Source: Bryobacterales bacterium (GTDB lineage Bacteria > Acidobacteriota > Terriglobia > Bryobacterales > UBA6623). From it: DNA of 64,000 nt. Below, one piece after another: positions 19,562-27,619 of this stretch (position 1 is the first letter of the stretch; each line of letters opens with the position of its first letter). Below the pieces are notes generated by a model that had not been told where the DNA came from, did not search any database, and saw only the letters and a program-made list of their open reading frames with translations. The stretch is from the NCBI GenBank assembly GCA_963422375.2, contig OY729428.2, positions 864,001 through 928,000 of the forward strand, given 5' to 3'. The position numbers were made by a program, and so were the translations under genes.

Positions 19562-20173
19562 GTGACGAGGGATTCCAGCTTGGATTCGGCGCGCCCGCGG
19601 ACCTTCGCGATGCTGTTGCGGGGCGTCAACGTCGGCGGGCGCAACCGTGTTCCCATGCCGGCGCTCAAGCAGGCGCTGCAGGAAGCAGGCTGCACGCAGG
19701 TTCGCACCTACATCCAGAGCGGCAACGCCGTGTTCCGCTCCGACGCCCGCATCGCGGATGCGGCCCGTAGCGCCGTGCGGTCGTTGGTCACCGAGCTGAC
19801 CGGAACGGAGATCGGCATCGTTCTCCGCTCGAGGGCCGAGCTGGCCCGGGTCGTCCGCGACAACCCGTTCTCGGACGTAGCGGACCCGCGCAAGCTCCAC
19901 GTAGGGTTCTGCGTGGAGACCCCTCCGGCGGAGCGCGTCCCCGCAGTCGACCCGCATCGGTCGCCGCCCGACGAGTTCGCATTCCGGGAGCGCGAGGTAT
20001 ACCTACTACTCCCGCGCGGAGCAGCCCGCACCAAGCTCTCCGGCACCTACCTCGAATCCGCGCTCGGAACACCCATCACATTCCGGAACTGGCGCACCGT
20101 CCTGCGCCTGCTGGGGATGGCCTCCGGCCGGGACGGACCGACGGCCGGGTGGAGCCGCGCTGCCGTACACTGA
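19562..20173 (+). CDS. DUF1697 domain protein
   Basis: LLRGVNVGGRNRVPMPAL...VRTYIQSGNAVF...TFRNWRTV signature. Start approximate. Confidence 0.9.
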   Translation: MTRDSSLDSARPRTFAMLLRGVNVGGRNRVPMPALKQALQEAGCTQVRTYIQSGNAVFRSDARIADAARSAVRSLVTELTGTEIGIVLRSRAELARVVRDNPFSDVADPRKLHVGFCVETPPAERVPAVDPHRSPPDEFAFREREVYLLLPRGAARTKLSGTYLESALGTPITFRNWRTVLRLLGMASGRDGPTAGWSRAAVH

Positions 20174-20177
20174 TTGC

Positions 20178-21248
20178 ATGTTCTTTCCTAGGTGCCGCGA
20201 GCCCGGCAGATTGGCGGCATTCGCAACACTGGCGGGTCTTGGCCTGGCTGTCGCCGCCAGCCCTGCCGACGCTGCCGCCGGACCCCCCGTGGGGACCGCA
20301 GCCCCCTCCATTGAAGCGACCGACCAGTCGGGCGCGATGCAGACCTTCGACGATCTCGCCGGCGAGAACGGGCTCCTGCTGCTGTTCTTCCGCTCGGCGG
20401 ACTGGTGACCGTTCTGCAAAGGCCAGCTCGTGCAGCTGGAGCGTAAGAGGGAAGCTTTGGAGGAGCGAGGCGTGCGGGTCGCCGCGATCAGCAACGACAC
20501 GGTCGACGCTCTCGCTCACTTCGCGCAGCGGGCGGGGATCGGCTTTCCCCTTCTTTCCGACCCGGATTCCGCCGTCATCCGCGAGTTCGGCGTGCTGAAC
20601 GAAGACATCCCCGAGGACCACGCCTTCTTCGGCATCCCGCACCCGGTAGAGCTCTTGCTGGGCCGCGACCGCGTCGTGCGCGCCAAGTTCCACGAAGAGG
20701 ACTACAAGGACCGCTTCACCGCCGGGCGCGTCCTCGTGCGCCAGCTCGGCGCCGATCAGGGCGGGCCGAGCTCCACGGAGCACACCTCGCACCTCAAGGT
20801 CACCGCGTGGGCCAGCGACAGCGTCGTGCGGGGCGGAAATCGATTCGTCTTGGTGCTCGACATCGAGCTGGACGACAGGATGCACGTGTACGCCCCCGCC
20901 GTCGAAGGGTACATCCCGGTCGATTGGCGCATGGAGGAGGCCGCGGGCCTCACCCATTTCGAGGCGGAATACCCGGATTCACGGACGCTGCACCTGCCGG
21001 CGATCAACGAGTCGGTTCCCGTGTACGAAGGCCGTGTCCGCCTGCTGCGCGACGTCATGATCGGGCAGGCCGCCGACCTAGGCGGCATGGTAGAGGACGG
21101 AATCCTGACGATTCGCGGCAGCCTTCGCTACCAGGCCTGCGACGACCGCATGTGCTACCTCCCCGCAACGGTGCCGCTCGAATGGAAGGTCGCCTTCGAG
21201 CAGCACGACCGGACCCGGGTGCCGGATGAGTTCCGCCGCCCGCGGTAG
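20178..21248 (+). CDS. Putative selenoprotein: exported AhpC/TSA peroxiredoxin-like domain (UxxC) fused to a DsbD N-terminal domain
   Basis: ORFs 20178-20408 and 20430-21248 are in the same frame, separated only by TGA 20406-20408 in FFRSADW-*-PFCKGQL, the first Cys position of a CxxC. Signal peptide present; C-terminal MHVY...YQACDDRMCYLP. Confidence 0.88.
20423..20439 (+). promoter_or_regulatory. Candidate bacterial SECIS hairpin
   Basis: CCAGCT-CGTGC-AGCTGG: perfect 6-bp stem, GU in the loop, loop starting 20 nt after the in-frame UGA. Confidence 0.7.
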
Positions 21249-22494
21249 CGCGGCCGGGCGGAGCCGTCGGGCGTTCCTCGCCTCCGGCGTCGGCGCTGCT
21301 GCGCTGGGAGCCTGCGGCCGCTCCCCCCGCACCGAAGAGACGGGCCCCCCAGTCGAGGAATTGGACGCGGCAGCCGCCCGGCCGGTGCTGGACACAGCAG
21401 GCCTGGACAGTCCTCTCGTCATCGACTCGATTCGCCTGCTCGAAATGGACGGGGACCAGTTCGTCCACGTTCGCGCCGCGGACGGCGCCGAGGGACTCGC
21501 CGTGACCAACGGACGGCCCTACCTCGCGGCAGTCCTCGAGCAGGCCGTCGTCCCGTTCTTCCTGGGCAAGGACGCCCGTACCCTCGAGTCGGATCTGCTG
21601 TTCGAGCTCTACCGGCACCGTAGCAACTACAAGCTGCAGGGCCTCGCGTTCTGGTGCGCCCAGGCATGGGTGGAGTTCGCTCTGCTCGACATGCTTGGCC
21701 GGGCTTGCGGCCGCTCCATGGGCGACCTGCTCGGCGGGCGCCTGCGAGAGAGGGTCGACTTCTACGTCGCGAGCGGCCGCCGCGACACCACCCCCGAAGA
21801 AGAAGTCGACTACCTGGCGTCCCTCGCGGACGAGACGGGAGCCAAGGCGGTGAAATTCCGCTTGGGCGGTCGCATGAGCCGCAACCGCGACGCCGCCCCC
21901 GGACGGTCGGAGGCGCTGATCCCCCTCGCCCGCAAGGCCCTCGGCGACGGAATCGACCTGCACGGCGACGCCAACAGCTCCTACGATCCCGAGCACGCCG
22001 TGCCGATCGGGCGCTTGCTGGAGGAGGCTGGCGCGGTCTACTTCGAGGAGCCGTGCCCGTTCGACCACCTCGAGGAGACCAAGGCCGTCGCGGACGCGCT
22101 CGAAATCCCGGTCGCCGGAGGGGAGCAGGAATACAGCGAGCGCCGCTTCCGCTGGATGATCGCCAACCGGGCAGTCGACATCGTGCAGCCCGACCTGCAC
22201 TACTACGGGGGCATGATCCGGTCCGCCCGCGTGGCAAACATGGCCGACGTCGCGGGCTTGCCCACGACCGTGCATATCTCGGGGGGCTTCGGCTTCGTGT
22301 ACATGCTGCACTTCGCCTCGCGGACTAGGGACATCGGTCGCTACCAGGAGTACAAGCGCAGCATCGAGCGCTACCGGGACTGGTTCGATCCGGCGCTCTC
22401 CATCGAGGACGGGAAGCTGGCCGTGCCCGAGGGGCCGGGCGCGGGGATCCGCGACATCGAGACCCTGCTCCGGGGCGCGAAGGCAATCTTCTAG
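21226..22494 (+). CDS. Mandelate racemase/muconate lactonizing enzyme family protein with Tat signal and lipobox
   Basis: SRRAFL twin-arginine motif, LGAC lipobox, ALLDMLGR, KFR, DAN, EEP, GGEQ, DIVQPD. Confidence 0.88.
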   Translation: MSSAARGSAAGRSRRAFLASGVGAAALGACGRSPRTEETGPPVEELDAAAARPVLDTAGLDSPLVIDSIRLLEMDGDQFVHVRAADGAEGLAVTNGRPYLAAVLEQAVVPFFLGKDARTLESDLLFELYRHRSNYKLQGLAFWCAQAWVEFALLDMLGRACGRSMGDLLGGRLRERVDFYVASGRRDTTPEEEVDYLASLADETGAKAVKFRLGGRMSRNRDAAPGRSEALIPLARKALGDGIDLHGDANSSYDPEHAVPIGRLLEEAGAVYFEEPCPFDHLEETKAVADALEIPVAGGEQEYSERRFRWMIANRAVDIVQPDLHYYGGMIRSARVANMADVAGLPTTVHISGGFGFVYMLHFASRTRDIGRYQEYKRSIERYRDWFDPALSIEDGKLAVPEGPGAGIRDIETLLRGAKAIF

Positions 22495-22560
22495 TCCGGA
22501 CCAGGGAGCCGACCGCAGCCGCTGGCGATGCTCCACGCCGGTATTCGCTACGATTGCCAT

Positions 22561-23061
22561 ATGGGGGAGGCGTCCCTGCCCGCGCGCGAGCCGGCTACCG
22601 TGGAGGGCAAGCTGGACGCGCGGGGGCTGCGGTTCGGCTGCGTGGTCGCCCGCTTTAACGGCTACATTACCGAGCGGCTGCTCGAGGGGGCGCTGGACGC
22701 GATCCGCCGCCACGGCGGAGCGCTGGAGAGCGTGCAGGTGGTCCGCGTGCCGGGCTCGCTCGAGATCCCGATCGTGGCGCATGCGATGGCGGGCAGCGGA
22801 AAGTTCGACGCGCTGATCTGCCTCGGCGCCGTGATTCGCGGCGAGACCGCGCACTACGCCCACGTGGCCGAGGGAGCAGCGAGCGGCATCGCCAAGATCG
22901 GACCCGAGACCGGCGTGCCGGCGATCTTCGGCGTGCTGACCTGCGACACCGCGGAGCAGGCGGTCGACCGAGCCGGCGGCAAGGCCGGCAATGCGGGCTC
23001 CCAAGCCGCCGTGGCGGCGATCGAGATGGCCAGCGTGCTCCGGCAGCTGGCCGCGGGCTAG
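22561..23061 (+). CDS. ribH: 6,7-dimethyl-8-ribityllumazine synthase
   Basis: VVARFN.YITERLLEGA, VPGSLEIP, LGAVIRGETAH, FGVLTCDTAEQA; adjacent to nusB. Confidence 0.97.
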   Translation: MGEASLPAREPATVEGKLDARGLRFGCVVARFNGYITERLLEGALDAIRRHGGALESVQVVRVPGSLEIPIVAHAMAGSGKFDALICLGAVIRGETAHYAHVAEGAASGIAKIGPETGVPAIFGVLTCDTAEQAVDRAGGKAGNAGSQAAVAAIEMASVLRQLAAG

Positions 23062-23081
23062 CCGTCCCCGGCCGCAGCATC

Positions 23082-23528
23082 ATGCCGTCGCGACGCCGCT
23101 CTCGCGAGAGCGCGCTACAGATGATCTATCAGTGGAACGCCGGCGGCGGCGATCCGGAGAAGGTCGTCGGGGACTTCTACGGCTGTCTCGCCGACGGCAG
23201 CCCCCGTCCGGTCGACCCGTTCGCGGAGCGGCTGTTCCTCGGGGTTGTCCAGCGGTCGGCCGAGCTGGACGCCATCATCAAGCGACACGCCAACAATTGG
23301 TCGCTCGAGCGCATGTCGGTGGTGGTGCGCCAAGTGCTGCGCCTAGCAGTCTCGGAACTCCGGTCGAGGCGGACACCTCCGAGGGTGGTGATCAACGAGG
23401 CGCTGGACATCTCGCGACGCTTCGCGGGGGACGAGCCGTCAGCCTTCGTGAACGGCGTCCTCGAAGCCGCGCGCCGGGAGCTCGACCGCGAGCCAGCCAG
23501 CCAGCCAGCCGGCCAAGGGACGGAGTGA
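23082..23528 (+). CDS. nusB: Transcription antitermination factor NusB
   Basis: RRRSRESALQMIYQW, NWSLERMSVV, VVINEALDISRRF, FVNGVL. Confidence 0.96.
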   Translation: MPSRRRSRESALQMIYQWNAGGGDPEKVVGDFYGCLADGSPRPVDPFAERLFLGVVQRSAELDAIIKRHANNWSLERMSVVVRQVLRLAVSELRSRRTPPRVVINEALDISRRFAGDEPSAFVNGVLEAARRELDREPASQPAGQGTE

Positions 23529-23535
23529 GGCCGGG

Positions 23536-23907
23536 CTAGCGCGGGTGGACCACGGCGAATCCGTCGTAATCGACCTTCTTCGCATGGGACGAGAGCTCCG
23601 GCCAAGCCCGCTGGTGCTTGTCGGATGCGACCCACGCCATGCGCTGGTCCTCGGTATCGAAGCCGAGCCGCACGGTGAACTGATAGGTTCCCGGCTTCCG
23701 CATCAGCAAGGCGCTGCGGAAGCCCGCCATGCTGCTGACCGCCGGATAGAACACCTCGGTAAAGGTCCTGGCCAGCGCCTCGGCCCGGCCGGTCTTCGCG
23801 GTCATCCAGATGTGGAGCTCCATCGGGCCGTCAATATCGAAGTCCCGCTGGGCGGTCGCAGGTGCCGCCAGGCAGCAGGCCAGCGCGACCAGCAGAGTCA
23901 GGCGCAT
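23536..23907 (-). CDS. Secreted ABM-like (dimeric alpha/beta barrel) protein
   Basis: SD GGGAGGGA, signal peptide MRLTLLVALACCLAAPATA, GFRSALL...FDTEDQRMAWVASDKHQRAW pattern. Confidence 0.65.
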   Translation of the reverse strand: MRLTLLVALACCLAAPATAQRDFDIDGPMELHIWMTAKTGRAEALARTFTEVFYPAVSSMAGFRSALLMRKPGTYQFTVRLGFDTEDQRMAWVASDKHQRAWPELSSHAKKVDYDGFAVVHPR

Positions 23908-23978
23908 CGAATCCCTCCCGTCGCCGCTCGGGACGCTCGCCCCGGGGCTGCGGACATGGTACAACCCCGCCGCCGGGG

Positions 23979-25046
23979 TCACGGTCGGACGACCCGGACC
24001 CGGTGGTTCTCGCTGTCGCCGATGTAGACGTTGCCGGCCCTGTCCACGAAGACGCCGTGCGGCCGCGCGAGACCGCATTGCAGGGGGTTGCCGTCGGGGC
24101 CGTCGCGGCGGGAGCCGTCGCCGGCGACGGTCGAGATCGTTCCGGTCGCAAGGTCGATGCGACGGATCGCGTGGTTTTCGGTATCGGCCAAGTAGGCCGC
24201 CTCCTCCGGGCCGATCTCGATGCCCTTGGGGCCCGCCAAGGTCGCCTCGGCCGCCCGGCCGCCGTCGCCGGAATACCCCTTATCGCCCGTCCCGGCGACA
24301 TGGTGCAGCGTCATCGCCCGCATGTCGAGACGGTACACCGCGTTGCCCTCGCGCAAGGCGACGTACATGTCGCCGTTCGGGGCGAACGCGAGCGCGCGCG
24401 GCCCGTTGAGCGGGGTCCCCGCCACCGGTGCGCCGTCGGGCGTCGGCGCGCGCTCCCCGGTGCCGGCGAACGTTGTCACGATTCCGCTCGACAGGTCGAC
24501 GCGCCGGATACGGTGATTGCCGATGTCGGCGACGTACAGGCCCCCCTTGCCGTCGAGGGCGATCGAGTGCGGGCGGTTGAAGCTCGCCCGGAGAGCGGGC
24601 CCGCCGTCGCCCGAGAAGCCTCTCCCGCCGGTACCGGCGACCGTGGAGATGATCCCGCTGCGCATGTCCACCTTGCGGACGACGGCATTCAGCATCTCGA
24701 CGAAGTACATGCTCCCCTCGGCGTCGAATCGAACCTCGTACGGATCGCTGAGCCTGGCCTCGGTCGCCGGTCCGCCGTCGCCCGCGTAGCCCGCGTAGCC
24801 GGTTCCAGCGACGGTGGAGATCGAGCCGTCGCGCATGTCGATGCGTCGCACCCTGTCCGTGTCGATCTCGCAGACGTAGAGCGCGCCGTCGGGCCCCAGG
24901 ACGAGTCCGTAGGGATTCCCGACGCTCGCGGCGGCCGCCGGGCCGCCGTCGCCGGTGGCGCCGGACTCGCCCGTGCCGGCCAGTGTCTCGATCGTCGCCG
25001 CGGCGAGGCCTGGCACCGCCAGGAGGAAAGCAAGGATCAGGGGCAT
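23979..25046 (-). CDS. Secreted NHL-repeat protein
   Basis: Signal peptide followed by about six repeats of ISTVAGTG..G.SGDGGPA..A....P.....D..G.LYVAD..NHRIRR. Confidence 0.92.
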   Translation of the reverse strand: MPLILAFLLAVPGLAAATIETLAGTGESGATGDGGPAAAASVGNPYGLVLGPDGALYVCEIDTDRVRRIDMRDGSISTVAGTGYAGYAGDGGPATEARLSDPYEVRFDAEGSMYFVEMLNAVVRKVDMRSGIISTVAGTGGRGFSGDGGPALRASFNRPHSIALDGKGGLYVADIGNHRIRRVDLSSGIVTTFAGTGERAPTPDGAPVAGTPLNGPRALAFAPNGDMYVALREGNAVYRLDMRAMTLHHVAGTGDKGYSGDGGRAAEATLAGPKGIEIGPEEAAYLADTENHAIRRIDLATGTISTVAGDGSRRDGPDGNPLQCGLARPHGVFVDRAGNVYIGDSENHRVRVVRP

Positions 25047-25152
25047 GCGGCCAGCGTATCGCAAACCGCCGAGGGGCGGCGCCCGCGGCCTTGCCGGGCG
25101 CGAGCCTCGAGGATGCGTTCGAAGCGACACGCCGACCCTGTAGACTGGCAGC

Positions 25153-26526
25153 ATGCGGACCGCCAGGCTGCGCCGACGCGACTTCCTCTCGGCCGGCGGC
25201 GGGATCTTCGGAGCCGCATGCCTGCAGGCGCTCGCCTGCCGAACCGCACGGGAGAGGGAGCGCGTCGGTTCGGACGCCGGACAGGGCGCCCTGCACGAAG
25301 GCTACGGGCCCCTCCAGCCCGTCCGCGACGAGACGACCGGCCTTGCCCTGCTGGACCTGCCGCGGGGGTTCCGCTATCTGTCGTTCGGCTGGACTGGCGA
25401 CCGGCTGGGCGACGGGCGACCGACGCCCGGAGCGCACGACGGCATGGCTGCGTTCGAGGCTGGCCCGGGCACCGTCCGGCTCGTCCGCAATCACGAGATG
25501 CGCGAGGGGACGGCCTTCGCCGACGATCCGGTCTTCGATCCAAACGGGGGCGGCGGCACTACCACGGTCGAGTTCGACGTGGATTCCGGACGGGCAGCCG
25601 AGGCCTGGCCCAGCCTAGCGGGGACGGCCGTCAATTGCGCCGGCGGGCCGACGCCGTGGGGTTCCTGGCTGTCCTGCGAGGAGACGGTGGACGGCCCGGG
25701 CGGCGACAACTCCTACCGCGAGCCCCACGGCTACGTGTTCGAAGTGCCCTCGGACGGCACCGCGACCGCGGAGCCCTACCGGGCGATGGGGCGGTTCGTT
25801 CACGAGGCGGTCGCGATCGACCCCGGCACGGGAATCGTGTACGAAACCGAGGACCGGCCTGCTTCCGGGCTGTACCGCTTCCTGCCCGAGGAGCCCGGGC
25901 GGCTCGCTGCCGGGGGCCGGCTCGAAATGCTGGTCCTCGCGGAACGGCCGGGGGCCGACACGAGAACGGGCCAGACGCTGGGAGCCTGGGATCCGATTGG
26001 TTGGGTTCCGATCGACGATCCCGACCCGGCCAAGATCGCCAAGGACAGCGTGTACCAGCAGGGCGTCCGGCTCGGCGGGGCCACCTTCGGGCGCCTCGAA
26101 GGAATCTGGTACGGGAACGACCGCGTCTACGTCGTCTCGACCAATGGCGGCGACGCCGCAGCCGGCCAAGTCTGGGAGCTCCACCCCGCGGAGGAGCGCC
26201 TGCGCCTACTGTTCGAGTCCCCGGACCGGAGCGTTCTCGACATGCCGGACAACGTATGCGTCAGCCCCCGCGGCGGGCTCGTGCTGTGCGAGGACGGCGA
26301 CAGCGAGAACTATGTCCGCGGCCTCACCGTCGACGGAGCGATCTTCCCGTTCGCCAAGAACGCCGTGGTGCTGGCGGGCGAGCGGAACGGGCTGGCGGGC
26401 GACTTCCGCGACCGAGAGTTCGCCGGCGCGACGTTCAGCCCGGACGGTCGCTGGCTCTTCTTCAATGCCCAGGTGCCGGGCATCACCTTCGCCGTGACCG
26501 GGCCTTGGCAGGCCGGCCTGGTCTGA
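25153..26526 (+). CDS. PhoX-family alkaline phosphatase (DUF839), Tat-exported
   Basis: RRRDFL signal, HDGMAAF, LVRNHE, NCAGGPTPWGSWLSCEE, GRFVHEA, PDNV, LCEDG, EFAGATFSPDG. Confidence 0.93.
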   Translation: MRTARLRRRDFLSAGGGIFGAACLQALACRTARERERVGSDAGQGALHEGYGPLQPVRDETTGLALLDLPRGFRYLSFGWTGDRLGDGRPTPGAHDGMAAFEAGPGTVRLVRNHEMREGTAFADDPVFDPNGGGGTTTVEFDVDSGRAAEAWPSLAGTAVNCAGGPTPWGSWLSCEETVDGPGGDNSYREPHGYVFEVPSDGTATAEPYRAMGRFVHEAVAIDPGTGIVYETEDRPASGLYRFLPEEPGRLAAGGRLEMLVLAERPGADTRTGQTLGAWDPIGWVPIDDPDPAKIAKDSVYQQGVRLGGATFGRLEGIWYGNDRVYVVSTNGGDAAAGQVWELHPAEERLRLLFESPDRSVLDMPDNVCVSPRGGLVLCEDGDSENYVRGLTVDGAIFPFAKNAVVLAGERNGLAGDFRDREFAGATFSPDGRWLFFNAQVPGITFAVTGPWQAGLV

Positions 26527-26570
26527 GGCTCCGCGATCAGGCCCGTCGAACCGCCGCGTCCGGGGCGCGC

Positions 26571-27455
26571 CTACGCGGCCGCCTCGGCCGCCGGCACGGG
26601 CATCTCGGGCGACTCCAAGGCATCGAGGCTTGGGGCGTAGACCCCCTTGGCGATGCCGAGCTTCTCGAGGAAGCGGATCTGGATGTAGCTGAGATCGAGC
26701 TCGTACCAAGCCATGCCGTGGCGCGCGGAAACCGGGTGAGCGTGATGGTTGTTGTGCCAGCCTTCCCCGAACGTGATCAGCGCGACCCACCACAGGTTCC
26801 GCGAATCGTCCTTGGTCCGGAATCGCCGGCTCCCCCACATGTGCGTGGCCGAGTTCACCAGCCACGTGGTGTGCAGCCCGACGACCACTCGCAGCGGCAC
26901 GACCCAGAGCATCGTGCCGATGCCTCCGAGCGCCCAGGCCGCGATCCCGAGCACGGTCAGGGGCACCCAGTGCCACTCGCTGAGCAAGCGGTAGAAGCGG
27001 TCCTTCAGGAGGTCCGGGGCGTAGCGCCCGGTCAGCTCCGTATCGTTATGCAGGCTCTTGCCGAAGATGATCCATCCGACGTGCGCCCAGAAGCCGCCGT
27101 GGCGGGGAGTGTGCGGGTCCCGGTCCGTGTCGGAGTGCTGGTGGTGGCAGCGGTGCGCCGCCACCCAGTAGATCGGGCCGCCCTCGAGCGCGAGCGTGCC
27201 GCACAGCGCCAGGAAGTACTCGATCCACTTCGGCACGCGATAGCCGCGATGGGTGTGCAGCCGGTGGTAGCCCATGCCGATGCCCCAGCTGACGGCCATC
27301 CAGTAAATCGCGACGGTGACGATCAGGTTCTCCCAAGTGAAGAAGAACGGCGCCGCCAGGGCCCCTACGTGGAACAGCGCCAGAACGGTGAACGTCAGCA
27401 GATTCAGCTGGGTCCTGTCGCCGAAGTCCATGGAGGTTGCTCTGGTGTCGCTCAC
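26571..27455 (-). CDS. Acyl-CoA/acyl-lipid delta-9 fatty acid desaturase
   Basis: His boxes GYHRLHTH, HRCHHQHSD and GEGWHNNHHAHP. Start is GTG 27455 or ATG 27431. Confidence 0.95.
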   Translation of the reverse strand: MSDTRATSMDFGDRTQLNLLTFTVLALFHVGALAAPFFFTWENLIVTVAIYWMAVSWGIGMGYHRLHTHRGYRVPKWIEYFLALCGTLALEGGPIYWVAAHRCHHQHSDTDRDPHTPRHGGFWAHVGWIIFGKSLHNDTELTGRYAPDLLKDRFYRLLSEWHWVPLTVLGIAAWALGGIGTMLWVVPLRVVVGLHTTWLVNSATHMWGSRRFRTKDDSRNLWWVALITFGEGWHNNHHAHPVSARHGMAWYELDLSYIQIRFLEKLGIAKGVYAPSLDALESPEMPVPAAEAAA

Positions 27456-27619
27456 GTGCGTGCGCCGTCCGATTCGTTTGGGGTCTAGGCTTGCGGCCGG
27501 ACAGTGCCTTCCGGCTGCCAAGCCTCGGAAAAACTCAACTTACCAGCCGGGCGGGGGTGCCGGGGGCTGCCCAATGTAATAGTTGAGTAATTGTCCGCGG
27601 CGCCCGCCGGGACGGGATG

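Noticed and set aside
23491..23510. (AGCC)5 repeat at the nusB 3' end as a phase-variation tract
   Set aside because: It lies after the conserved domain, so slippage would only change the tail.
23862..27488. Very long ORFs such as 23862-27488 (+), 3730-5601 (+), 21055-23004 (-), 48089-49954 (+) and 50108-52015 (+)
   Set aside because: Shadow frames of well-supported genes; Arg/Pro/Gly-rich with no motifs, as expected at high GC.
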